Shown: positions 1-12,773 of the stretch, in pieces
How the letters are laid out: every line of letters begins with the position of its first letter
Position numbering within the stretch: position 1 is the stretch's first letter
From: Octopus sinensis
Taxonomy: Eukaryota
NCBI RefSeq assembly: GCF_006345805.1
Contig: NC_042998.1
Span: 18,104,001 to 18,168,000 of the forward strand
Reading direction: 5' to 3'
Length of the DNA: 64,000 nucleotides
The notes under the pieces: model-generated
Told to the model about the DNA's origin: nothing
Databases searched by the model: none
The model's input: the letters and a program-made list of their open reading frames with translations, nothing else
Position numbers and translations under genes: made by a program

Positions 1-1210
1 TCTAGCTGCCTAGTGTGCTTGGACACATCACAGATTAAATTACAATTCTGTAATGATCTGATAGGCAGGAAGCCTCAGTTGGTCTATAAAGAATTACTCC
101 TTATCCTTTACACTGGGAAAATGGTCAAATATAAATATATTGATAAATTGGCTCAAATTTAGTACTAAGTCCCTTAAAATGCTCGACAGTGTTAACAGTG
201 GTGAACTATCTTGTAGAAGAATAATAAAGTTTTGAATTACTCTCTCTCTCTAATCGATGATTTACAGCATATTCAGTCATGCATTTCTATTTGAAACGTA
301 CGTAGCTGAGTAAATCATGAATTAATCCCCATTCATTTGTGTACGTGTGTCCATATGTGTGTGTGTGTGTGTGAGAGTGAGTGTGTGTGCGCGTGCACGT
401 GTCTGAGTGTGTGTGTGTGTGTGTTTTACTATAATACATTGAGACTATATGCTAAATTTATACCGAATTCATTCGTTATTTAAGCTTCGGACATACAAGT
501 TGGACCGGTAGCAAGATTTGATTTTTACAACCTACGTTGATTATCGTGTCACTCAATGTACAATTTGTACAATATATTTATCTGGGTTGCATCTCTGCAA
601 AGTATTCATAAAGTATTAGGGTAAGTTGCTGCAAAATCTATTGGAATAAAACCTAAGGTTGTATAATAGCTGGCAAGGCGACTATCAAATGGCGGTTTGA
701 CTACGAGGACACCGTAGTGAGCATGGAAGCTGTGAGCGTGAACAGGAGTGAGGCCGGTTGCAGGTGCAATGCTCTCTTGCAAGTGCATTGCAGGCATTTT
801 GCATGGGCAATGGTTAATAACGGTCATGAATGAGTGCACAGCCATTCTCACAGACGCACACACACGCACTCACAAGGGTTGACACACCCACTAACAAACA
901 CACATACACCACAAACATAATACATATATATATATAATATATTATAATATGAATAATATATATATATATGTATGCATATATACATACATACTTATATATG
1001 TATGTACATATGTATATATGGGAACAGGACATCATAAAACGCAAACAATGTATATATATATATATATATATATATAAGAAAATAGTAAAGAGTGAAAAAA
1101 CGACAGAAGGCTTAAATGTTAAAAAATATATATATTTGCGTCAAAATGTCTGGAGAATATTGGAAAAATTTTTTTCCTTTCCTTAAAATGACATAATTTT
1201 ATAATTTTTA

Positions 1211-1248
1211 AAGAAATATCGGTTTCGCAGTTAGCTCTTCAATTTCTT
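1211..1248 (-). ncRNA. Minimal type I hammerhead ribozyme motif in the PLE1 tail
   Basis: Minus strand reads AAGAAA-TTGAAGA-GC-TAACT-GC-GAAAC-CG-ATA-TTTCTT: 6-bp stem I, U3-variant core, short stem II. One mismatch in stem III (ACCGAT instead of the palindrome ACCGGT). Confidence 0.65.
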
Positions 1249-1376
1249 GTGACTTAATGTTTATTTTTAATAATGTAATCCTTGTATTTTTGCTACGGAG
1301 AGTTCTAAATAAGGGAAAGTAGTGAGTGATTTCTTCCGGTGTAAGGGAGATAATCGCTTAAAAAAATTTTTTTCCT

Positions 1377-2633
1377 TTAGTGTGAATTTCTCTGTATTAT
1401 TGAGTTCGGATAGTTGAGTCTGGGTTTGTACTTTTCAATGAAGAATGTTTCCTTATTTAGTCTAATTTGTGATGATGATCCGAAAGCACATTGGTAAACT
1501 GGAAAGATTAAAAATTGTGGTTGTAGTTGCTTTGCGCATTTCTCAATGTGTTCACTAAAAGGTATCATTCTATATTCTGGGAATGTAATCTATTGTCGAT
1601 GCAGTGTACATCTACGTCTGAGTGATAGTCCCGTGGACCCCACGTAATCTTGGTGGCAGCCCGAGCATTTAATGACATAAATTATGTTTTCAGAGGCACA
1701 AGTAAAGTTAGATTTGATCTTGAATTTCTGTCCCTCTTTAAAGAAGAATTCTGATCCTTCCAATAGTTTAGGACATGTTGCACAGTTCGATCTACCACAT
1801 TTTTTTACTTTTGCATCCGTAATTTTAGAAGACAATTTTGCCTTTGTGAGAATCTTTTTAAGTGATTTAGGCTGTTTGTAGCTTTTAATGATTTGGTGTA
1901 TGTTTAGAATTTCCTTTAATTTGGGGTTTTTATGAAGTATTGGTAAATTCTGGGTGATGATGGTGAAAGCTTCTTTGTTTCTGGGGTTGTATGTAGATAT
2001 GTAAGGTTGTATTTTCGGGGAAGGTGTGTTGTTGTGTTGAACTTTTCTTAAAGTTTCTATGTTGATTTCTGTTGCACGTCTGATCCCATCCTCTATGAGT
2101 TGAGTTGGGTAATGTCTGTCAATTAGGGTGTTTTTGAGTTCTTGCAGTCTGAAGTTCCTGGTATTTTTTTCTGACACTATTGTGCATATCCTTCTTGCAA
2201 GGTTGAAGGGGATGTTTGTTTTAGTGTGTCTTGGGTGGCATGAACTAAAAAGAAGGTATTGTTTGGCGTCTGTGGCTTTGTAGAAAATGTCTGTTTCTAT
2301 TTTAAGGTTAATGTTTTGAATTAGTATATCCAAGAACGGGAGTTCCTTTTGGTTGTATTCCATTGTGAACTGTATATTTGGGTTTATGCTGTTCAATAGG
2401 TTTTTAAATTTTAAAAGTTTATCTGTGTTTTCATTCCAGAGAATAAAACAATCGTCCAAGAATCGTTTCCAGTTCTCTTTTATGTATTGAGAGAGGGGGT
2501 TTCCAAAGATTGATAAGGATTCCTGGTAAATGGTTATTTCCATGTATCCCATTGTTAAGTTCGCAATGACTGGTGCTGCCCTTGTACCCATAGCAATTCC
2601 GGATTTTTGACGGTAAAATGTATTGTCAAACAT
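1377..2633 (-). pseudogene. PLE RT/GIY-YIG reading frame interrupted by a premature stop
   Basis: LHRQ*ITFPEYRMIPFSEHI aligns with the uninterrupted VHKEQINLPEYRQIPLSDHL of PLE 2, implying CAG>TAG at 1590-1592. Confidence 0.88.
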
Positions 2634-2890
2634 GAAGTGGTTATTGTGTAGGATGAATTCAATTGATTTAGTAATGAATTCTTTACTGATCCTTTTGGTA
2701 TTTCTTCCGGAATTGGTCTAACCAGAACTGAATTGCTTCCAGTCCATAATTATGAGGTATACTGGTATACAAGTTGACTACATCAAATGAAACCAGGATT
2801 GTTTCTTCCTTGGTTTTTTGGGGAGGTGGTTTAACATATCTAAGTCATCTCTGATATGGCTATCGATATGTTTAAGGAAGGGTTTCAGAA

Positions 2891-2926
<36 letters not shown>

Positions 2927-2968
2927 ATATATATATATATATAATATTATATATATATATATACATAT

Positions 2969-3116
2969 ACATATATTTTCTGTGTTCCTTTCTGTGGAAG
3001 AGCGTAGGCTCGAAACGTTAAAGACTTTTTCAATTCCCGAGCGTTATACTAATACATCTGTTTGTTTTCTACACCCACTGTCTTCGTCATTTGTGTTTTT
3101 TGCGAATTCTCCTCGT
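2969..3116 (+). mobile_element. PLE-type 3' tail relic with degenerate HHR-like motif
   Basis: ctgtggaa-GAGC-gtag-GCTC-GAAAC at about 2992-3016 retains stem II and GAAAC, but the core is degenerate. Flanked by (TA)n on both sides. Confidence 0.4.
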
Positions 3117-3458
3117 ATATATATATATATATATATATATGGAGATGTGAGAGTAATACACATAGTGATACGGGCAGACATTGGTGATAAGGCTGATAAT
3201 AACGGAATCGAAATGCATTTGGACGTATTTTCGGTGATATTGTTGGCAACACCCAGGTTAAAACAAATGCGATTGAAGTCAACACACAAACACAAAAAAA
3301 AATGAGGGGTGAACTATAGTGATATCTGCTTAGCAGATGATGGTGGACATATATATATGATATAGTTGTTTGTTAATTCTTGTATGTCTCGGATTGTCTT
3401 TATCGTTAGTTGTACTCGCATGCAAAACTAGGTGAAAGTGTTTGTGGATTCATGGTCT

Positions 3459-3540
3459 AAGGCAACCAAATCAATATTATTAGTCACCATAATATCACCA
3501 TAGAGTCTATAGTGACTAATTATGTTGATTTGGTTGCTTT
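3459..3540. repeat. Inverted repeat, 29-bp arms, 24-nt loop
   Basis: aaggcaaccaaatcaatattattagtcac (3459-3487) versus the reverse complement of 3512-3540 is 26/29 identical. Two of the differences are G-U pairs on the plus strand. Confidence 0.85.
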
Positions 3541-4429
3541 AATTCATAGATAATCTTCTTAGACTTCGATAACGCCAAGATAATGGTGTCTTGTTTGGTG
3601 AGTTTTGTGACACCTCTTTATGTGCGTATTCCTATTCATGCATACATACATACACGTATATATATATATATAAATGTATATACTCACACATATATATATA
3701 TGTAATTGCATATATGCATATATTATGTGTGTACGTATTTATATATGCATGTATTCATATGCGCGCACATACATACATAATACATACACACATACATACA
3801 TACTTACATCCATACATTCATACATACATACATAATACATACATACATATATGAATACATACATACATACATAATACATACATACATACATACATACTTA
3901 CATCCATACATTCATACATACATACATACATACTTATATACATACATAAATAAATACATACATACATAAATGCATACATAGAAGCATACGTAAATGTATG
4001 CATAAACACACACACGAAGTATGTCCATAATGGGAGAAGTGAGGAACGGGTAAGAGAACAAAAAGTATGATGATATATATTTACATGTGAACATGGGGGA
4101 CGTACATACTCCGAGATATTGTGTGTGGCTAGGGTGGGTATATATTGGCGATATATTATCAGGAGACAGAGAATTCACAAGAGATAAAGCGACTGCATGT
4201 GTAACAAATGAATCTAAATTACTAAATCTAATCAGAATGGTGTTTCTAGTTTGGATATTTAATAATGCAAAGTTTAATCGGAGAGGAACATGGTGTAAAA
4301 TAATTAGATCTGCTGAAATACTACACATACACACACATAAACACAGACACACATCACATACCTACACTGGAATATATATACGTATATTTATTAACACACA
4401 CACAGAATCACACTCATCCCTACACGTAT

Positions 4430-4700
<271 letters not shown>

Positions 4701-5555
4701 TCATTCTGTGTATGTACATTTCACCTAGAATCGGTAGCGTGCTTATATATGCAGCGCTCAGATTAAATAGACACGAATTCTTATCGGGCATACACGGCAG
4801 GCGTCAACTTGTGAATGTGTATGTTCATCACTGACAAATTATATTATCCTAGAAGTTTAACTCAATGGCTGTCGCTGTGTCTGAGCTGATATTTAGACTC
4901 AGTAACACCGCGCCCAACATTGCGAATATTCTTAACTTCAATGCCAGGTAATTCAGAAACATGTCAGGTCAAGTTTTCCAACTTCGCTACAAGCCAGGAG
5001 TTTATTTCGGAATTTCCTCCTCCTAGAAAGATGTCTAAGGAAAGTCGAGGGAAGTCTCACCATTTGGTCTACTGAGTTCGACTTTCCTTTGACAGCTTTT
5101 TTGTTCTCTTCGGCCTGCAATTTGTCGAACGAATCACACCTCCTTACCAAGTTGGTTTGGTAAGGTTGCCAGTTTAGTTCTCCGACAACTCGATCATACA
5201 ATTGGTTGTACTAGTTTACATATTACCGGTAACACATGGAATTACTTGGCTTACATTCCTGCCTACCTACATGTATATTTTTATGCATTTACGTACTCAC
5301 GTACGGTGAATATATATAATGTGCCTTTGTGAATGATACGGTTTGTTCGCCGATGCGCGTATTTATTTATGGGTGTACATTGATTCTTAATAAGCACTGG
5401 GCCCCATATTTAGGGGATCGCTACAATATTTTCTATCGGGCATCAGATTGCAAAACGCATAAAGGGACTTATTCCGCAATCAAGGTTGCGGAGTTATATA
5501 CATACATCAATATACATACGTATACACACACAGACACACATACGCACACGCACAT

Positions 5556-5600
<45 letters not shown>

Positions 5601-5996
5601 CTAGCAGTATCGCCCGGCGTTGCTCGGGTTTGTAAGGGAAATAACTATATAAGCATTTTTAGAGATGTAAAGTATAATAGCCATCTCAATATGGCTAACC
5701 ACAAAGGGGGGGGGGTTGTTACTGTAGCTTTTTACGTTCTGAGATTTAATAATAATTTTTTAGAGAGTTACTTCCCTTATATATGCCAAAAATGCATCAA
5801 AAATGGGAAAAATTGATGGTAATTTTTTTTTAAATCGTAGACTCATCGTAGACGCGCGCTAATACCCAGAAGGGCTCGATATGAATCACGACTATAAGAT
5901 ACCCGGTTTTGGTTAAACTGCACCGCAAAATGTGGGAGTAGTTAGGAATCTAAATCGTAGGAGACAGACACACAACCTCACTTTTATATATAAAGA
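5601..5996 (-). mobile_element. Non-autonomous Helitron, copy 1
   Basis: Minus strand starts A^TCTTTATATATAAAAG and ends with hairpin CCCGAGCAACGCCGGG + 8 nt + CTAG^T. No TSD. Near-identical copy at 17862-18256. Confidence 0.85.
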
Positions 5997-6414
5997 TAAG
6001 ACGAAAGAAGGTAGAAATACATTACGCAGGATATATTGTAAACAATTCAAAATTATATACAAATATATCAGTGTCCCGACCAGCAAGAATAATGTGTCAA
6101 TTCATATTCTGAATTCAAGCGTCAGGCACAGCGTTTATAAGAAGAGACCAGTTTAAGCGAGCCATGGCGAGAAACTTGATATGTGTGAAAATTTTTTATT
6201 TTATTTAAGCTTTGAAATTTATTTTTACTAGTAAAAATAAATAAATAAGTAAATGAGTGGAAATCGGTGAGTGTGCTAAATTAATAAAGCACTAAAAGAG
6301 AGTGACTATCCCCAGACACAATAAAATATGCTTCAACACACGAATTTACATTCAGATTCTTGCAAACAAGATAAAAAAAACGAAATAAATAAATAAATAA
6401 TAAATATATATATG

Positions 6415-6476
<62 letters not shown>

Positions 6477-6551
6477 GTTAATAAATAAAACATATACATA
6501 TATGTACATACCTACTTCTACATGTATATATACACGCATATATGAGTACAG

Positions 6552-6790
6552 GACACCAAAAAAACGCCGAACACAATGAGAAACGAAAACATAGACACAA
6601 ACCCAAGGAAGTGGACATTTTCCTTAAACAACAAAAAAATAGAGTACAGGACAAATAACACAAGGAAAAGACCCCTTCTTCAATCGCCATGGTTTCATCT
6701 ACTTTACGTTTCGAATGTGAAGGCGAGACGTATCTTCGATAGAAACTTTCCTTCCTGGAAAAGCAAATCAAATAAAATTTGAGATCTTTT
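6552..6790 (-). mobile_element. Probable PLE-type tail relic, related to 35535-35690
   Basis: Shares gtacaggacacca...acacaa(t/c)gagaaacgaa(a/g)acata...agagtaca(g/a)gacaaa with 35535-35690. Both abut (TA)n. Confidence 0.4.
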
Positions 6791-7120
6791 ATATATATAT
6801 ATCTTTTAGACATATCTATGCATATGTCAATTATAGCATGAAGCCCCCCCACCTACTCGTTGAGCATAACTGCTTGATTAGCGCAAGCATCATTTAAGTG
6901 TGATAGCTCTACGTACACACGGGACACAGTATTTCGTTCTGACGTAATATTCTCAATGGCACGATGAAATTAAGAGAACTGAATATGTAGGAGGATGCAG
7001 GAAATTGTAAATGTAACCCTGAGCAACAAATCTCTTAACCTTTCATCCTTCTAACTTAGTTCGTGTCTCAGTCTTAAAGCGTCATTGCAGATGTGTATCC
7101 TGGTTTCTAGATCCGTATAC

Positions 7121-7712
7121 ATATATTTCTTTACTACCCACTAGTGTCTAAACACAGAGGAGACAAACAAGGACAGACAAACGGATTAAGTCGATTACAT
7201 TGACCCCAGTGCGTAACTGGTACTTAATTTATCGACCATGAAAGGATGAAAGGCAAAGTCGACCTCGGCGGAATTTGAACTCAGAACGTAACACCTATTT
7301 CTTTACTACCCACTAGGGTCTAAACACAGAGGGGACAAACAAGGAGAGACAAACGGATTAAATCGATCACATCGACACCAGTACGTAACTGGTACTTAAT
7401 TCATCGACCCCGAAAGGATGAAAGGCAAAGTCGACCTCGGCGGAATTTGAACTCAGAACGTAACGGCAGACGAAATACCTATTTCTTTACTACCCACTAG
7501 GGTCTAAACACAGAGGGGACAAACAAGGACAGACAAACGGATTAAATCGATTACATCGACCCCAGTACGTAACTGGTACTTAATTTATCGACCCCGAAAT
7601 GATGAAAGGCAAAGTCGACCTCGGCGGAATTTGAACTCAGAACGTAACGGCAGACGAAATACGGCTACGCATTTCGCCCGGCGTGCTAACGTTTCACACC
7701 AGCTCACCGCCT
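7121..7712 (-). mobile_element. SINE family A trimer (one full + two 5'-truncated units) with a 13-bp TSD
   Basis: Three head-to-tail copies of the ...gcctttcatcctttcggggtcgataaattaagtaccagttacg... body. TSD tagatccgtatac at 7108-7120 and 7713-7725. Confidence 0.92.
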
Positions 7713-8170
7713 TAGATCCGTATACCAACTGCATCAGTTTCCTCCATTAGTTTGCAACCGCCAACTTTGCTCACGTGGAGATGACAGTTACTTATTTCAA
7801 CCAGCCTTCACTTGGAAAAACGACAAAATTCTCATAAAGATAGGTTGTGCATAATAATATATTCTTGGATAGCCATTACTTCCCCCGAGTTCATATGTCC
7901 TTAGACTGACGTTGCATTTCATCTTGCAAAGCGTAAAAAAAAAAAAATCCCCTAGCTAACGAAGCAAGTTCTGTTTGGGGTTGATGGTTTAACCGCTGAC
8001 AATTCAACTATGCACAGGTTGCATTGGGTTACATGTTACCAGCAGCACTCCCAAGCAGCTTAAAACAAATATTTGTTTGTGTGAGTGAGTGTATTTACAT
8101 ATACACATGTACAGGCATACACAAACAAAATTCTATATACGCATACATATATATATATATATGTGTGTGT

Positions 8171-8202
<32 letters not shown>

Positions 8203-9225
8203 TCTTCATTCATTTTTTAAAGAAAATATTTGATATTCTTCCAAAATCACATAAGTTTCTTGGCATATGTCGTTATTGTCAAAAACCTTGTTATTATAGT
8301 TATTAACTGTACTGTACAACTGACTAATTGCCAACTAACATTTAAGTCTGACATTGTCAGTTATTACAGAATAAAGAAGAACGATCGATATAACTTAGTT
8401 TCGACATGAACTCGATGTGCGATATTGAATTTAGAATTATTTATTGAACGTTTGCGTGAAAAGGTTTCATAATTCTCTAGTAATATTATGCTATTTAACT
8501 AATATAATTATTAATGTTGAGTTCTTTCCCTAGATAAAATAATTATTATCTGTCCCTAGTTAAAACGTATCGAAAGGCAGGCTAAAGACACTATAGTAAT
8601 TAGGTAAAAGTAATTTTTCCTAATTACAAATCCTGTCAAAACAGACATTGCAAATGGAACTTCCGTGCTTTTGCAGCATCATAAAAGCAGTAAGATCATC
8701 CGGGCTAATCAGAAGTATTCAGATACCGTCTTGAGTCCCATGTCTCACAGAGTCACGTAGTCAGTTTGCATGATGTACAAGTTACGAAGGTCTCAACACT
8801 CCTCATGAAAAGGAGTCCAGTCTGTTGCAGGGTGACGCATTTACTATAGTTCGGAGAACTGGAACGATGGAAGATGAAGTACTCTTTTCAAGAGCACAAC
8901 GCACCTCCTAGTCAGGGAAACGAAGCATAATCTTACAATCATGAGTGCTGCTCTGTAAATACTAGGCTACGCACCTTCTTCAAGCATAGTTATACAGAGA
9001 TGAGAACATCAACTGTTGTCAGGTGGCTCTAAGATATTAACGAACTTCGATGCATATTTGTTCTCACTTACGAAAATAGTTGGTCAAACGTTACAACTGT
9101 AAGGGTTCGACTCAATAAAAGTTAATTTATTCATTCGCTATACGCAACTTAGAGATTATTAAGTGAAACTAGTCATCTTTGTGTTATACTTAATGTATGC
9201 AAACTGTCAATGGGCCAGTTACTAC

Positions 9226-9490
9226 AGTACTTCGGTCATGAATGACTTTGGGATTGCACCTAGAAAGTTACCCTCCGAGGCACAAGTCCGGACAAGGCTG
9301 TTTCTGGGAGACGAGCAGTCGCCCGTGCATACCAGCATCCCCTCTCCTCACCATTGATGTTATCCAAGGGAAAAGCAAAGGCCGATACAGCTTAGCACCA
9401 GTGATGTCGCAACTCATTTCTACAGCTGAGGTAACTGGAGCAACGTGAAATAAAGTGTCTTGCTCAAGAACACAACACGCAGCCCGGTCC
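9226..9490 (-). mobile_element. SINE family C, head-truncated
   Basis: Reverse complement of the body of the full copy at 48806-49138. Confidence 0.85.
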
Positions 9491-10248
9491 GATCATAAGC
9501 TCGACGCTGTAACCAAAATAAAGGCAGAGTAAATATCGGAGGGAGACGAAAATTTGTCCTGACAGTGGCCAGTGATAACACCAGATGTAATTTGTGTATT
9601 TTGTGCCTTCTCAGAGACGCACACTCCGTACCAACCATATGCTCGGACATAATTTTGTCGTGACTGATACAGGATAAGAAAAATTAATAAAACATCCACT
9701 AATATTTCGAAGAGGGGCCTGGCTGAATAAAGATGTGATATACGTAATTGGGGCAGTGAAACCTTGGCTGGAGAGGGCTGGTGGTGGAATGCCATATCTT
9801 TGGCAGCAGAATTACTCTGCTTGTGATATCTCCAGAAAGGATGAGAAGTGGTTGTCGGAGACTAAGACTTCATCAGCCCCAATTTTTTGCCTCCTAATTC
9901 TTCCGGTTGCTATTCCTTGTATTCCTGTTGGAGGGTCGCGATTGAAGGACACTAATTGGCCTGCAACTTCAAAGATGAGCTTGTGGCCAAAATTAAGGAG
10001 ATATTTGATGATGATCTACACAGTGAGGAACGCATGCAAGAATGCAGTGAGGAACGTACGATCCAGGTTCACGAACCGTCTTGAGGCTGTGGGGCAAAAG
10101 TTGTGACGGCTACTTTGAGTAAATTGTTATTCCCCAGCCACAATCTTGATATAATTTTGATTTTTGAATATACGTGTATTTTTGGATGGGATACACTGCT
10201 TTCATTTCTTTTTGTGCAATTTCTAAAATTCAACCCGAACACCCAGTA
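9491..10248 (+). mobile_element. Degenerate Tc1/mariner (maT-like) transposon, 3' half
   Basis: VKPWLERAGGGMPYLWQQNYSAC resembles the WQQDSAPCH motif, and RSRFTNRLEAV follows. TIR-like end cacccagta at 10240-10248. Homologous to the 51735-52797 element. Confidence 0.75.
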
Positions 10249-10807
10249 CAATACATCAGTCCTTTCATTCCTGAGTACAATACATCATTCCTGAGCTTCT
10301 AATCTACGGATCTATCATTGCGTAAGTTTACATAAACCTCCCATTTATACACTGGCTTCTGATTAACATAGTTTATTCTTTCTTTTCTATTTCACCCTTT
10401 ATGTTTATTTTCTTAGCCAGAAGCTTTTCCAGCGGGCATTTACCAATGCATCTTGATCCCTTGTAACTGCTGTATATTCAGTTTAATAATGGGAAATGCA
10501 AACTTCGAATAACTAGAAGTTTGATGTTTACTTCTGTAAATAATACTGTCCCCTATGAAGTGTTATTTTACATATTATCACACACACACATACACACATA
10601 CACACAGTTACACATGATTACACACACAAGCATTTACATAGACACAAATGCATACATGCATACCTATAGCATATATACATGTATGTGTGTGAGTGTGTGT
10701 GTGTGTGCGTGTGTCTGTTTATGTTTATATGCGTACGGATATGTATAGGCAGGAGTACAATTTAAGAAAATACTAAAATCGGTGGGAAAAGAGAATGCAA
10801 ATGAAAG

Positions 10808-10862
10808 TATATGTATGTATATATATATATATATATACATATATATATAATATATATATAAT

Positions 10863-10919
<57 letters not shown>

Positions 10920-10922
10920 GTA

Positions 10923-10960
<38 letters not shown>

Positions 10961-10993
10961 CATATATATATACATATATATATATACACATAC

Positions 10994-11028
<35 letters not shown>

Positions 11029-11043
11029 CATATATATATATAT

Positions 11044-11096
<53 letters not shown>

Positions 11097-11175
11097 ATAT
11101 ATATACATATATATATACACACACACATACACACACACACATATATATATATATATGTGTGTGTGTGTGTCTGTG
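10808..11175. repeat. Long interrupted (TA)n/(CA)n microsatellite
   Basis: Read directly; source of several spurious YIYI ORFs. Confidence 0.97.
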
Positions 11176-12069
11176 TCATTAAAAATATATGCGTATGTAG
11201 AAAAGGACGTGAGAGAGAGAGATGGAAGGGGAGTGAAGGAGAGAAAGAAAAGACGTGAAACCGACACGGAGATAAATAAAAACGACAGGAAGTTCAATAA
11301 GAACGACTGCAGAAGAGAGGTAGAATGAGATGGAATCTCATAAAGTTTTAGGGGAAAACACAAAAGAGAGAAGTTAAGAAGAGCGATTATCTACCACTAA
11401 CTTGTTGTATCAGAGCCGACATAAACAATTACAATGGTGCGTACAAAAGATACGCACACGTACACACCATTGCTATGGTATGTGTGTTATGCAATATAAG
11501 CGAATGTGGAAAATGGCGTAAAAATATATAAAAAACTTTAAATGAAGTGCGAGATGAAACTGGAATGATGGTTGAAGAAAACAGTATTTTTATGAAGTAG
11601 GAGGCGTTAGAGATGTATGTCGTTTGTATAAGTAAGAGGCATTGGAGGAGGTAACTAATTTGAAGAAGGATAGCTTGAAATATTCTGTGTGAAATGCAAG
11701 ACGGGGAAATGAAAGTCTTTGTAGAATGTTTGGAAGTGAAATGTAACAATTCAATGATAAAACACAAAGCAAGAGAACTGAGAACGTTTCACTTAGAAGT
11801 CAATATTGAATATTCTTTGAAAATGAATGAGAAAATATGAAATATAAAAATGGGAGAAAAGAACGGTAAAATTAGGTATTGTTAAGATATAAGCACGTAT
11901 AAAAACAAATATATCATATGAATGGAATTGAAATGGAAGTGTTTCTAAAAGCATTAAACAAATAAGCAAGTAATTTTGTTGATGTGATAAAATGCAAGAA
12001 TAGACAGAAAAATCCATTACAATCTCAACGGCTTATATGAGAACAACTTAGGAAAATATTTATGTATTA

Positions 12070-12720
12070 GCGAGCCATCGAAAATAATTTTCTGCATTTC
12101 TGAAAATGTCTATGAATTTCAAAGGATTCCGAACACCTCCAAGTGTTTTCGGAAAGATATTCATCTCCTGTGACAAGATTTTTTGATCAGCGCATTAAGA
12201 TAAGATAATAAGAATGAAGTGATATCGCTCATCAAGAATATATTTGGCAAGTTCTGACAGAACAGAGCCAGGATACTTTTGCATTACTTTCAAATTTTTG
12301 CTACCAAACGTATATCAACATGGGCGTGACCCTTTTTCTACAAATGTGTCAAATATACTCGTGTTTTATATAAGTGTACTCGAAACATCTTTCAGTGTAG
12401 CCCAAGTCGATTCCAATTAATTTTTTTTTCTTCTCCAAATGAATTTCTAGAACAACTAAGAGAGGAAAGAAATCCATTTTCACATATTTTATTTCACTTT
12501 GAAAATTTATGCAAAATTCTATATCTGTTTATGAGTACAGATAAAATTATACATTCCAGGTTTCTCAGAACATTTCAAGCACATACAGAAAATCAAACAC
12601 TTTCAGATATCACTGTTAACAATAAAAAATCTTTGAACACCGCCCTACTAAATAGGATAAACACGTAGAAGATAGTGATACTCTAATACCCACAGAATAT
12701 ACACACATAGTTATATTTGT
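12070..12720 (-). pseudogene. Possible decayed TM + TIR-domain coding remnant (TLR-like)
   Basis: Frame fragments in TIR-like order: SIFDTFVEKGSRP, SELAKYILDERYHFILIIL, FPKTLGGVRNPL, NYFRWLAN. Multiple stops and frameshifts; pattern match by eye only. Confidence 0.25.
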
Positions 12721-12740
12721 TTGTAGGCTGTTATGTAGGC

Positions 12741-12760
<20 letters not shown>

Positions 12761-12773
<13 letters not shown>

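Larger units (their letters stand above)
1076..2892 (-). mobile_element. Penelope-like element (PLE) 1: 5'-truncated RT + GIY-YIG endonuclease with 3' tail
   Basis: ORF 1590-2633 has RT motifs (GIAMGTRAAP, WKRFLDDCF), a KCGRSNCATC Cys linker and a GIY-YIG-like NIIYVIKCSGCHQDYVGST. Upstream frameshifted VSFDVVNLYTSIP lies at about 2720-2760. ORF 1377-1568 continues in frame after one TAG at 1590-1592. Both ends are bounded by (TA)n. Confidence 0.93.

Noticed and set aside
606-869. 87-aa ORF ending in YYTTLGFIPI (GNAT motif-B-like)
   Set aside because: A single short motif, an ORF starting in a microsatellite and no supporting exons; needs an HMM search.
7121-7712. Regularly spaced repeats resembling a CRISPR array
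   Set aside because: The units are ~170-230-bp SINE copies with no unique spacers or cas genes, in a eukaryotic context.
11400-12020. Purine-rich decayed LINE-like region
   Set aside because: No diagnostic motif could be read with confidence.
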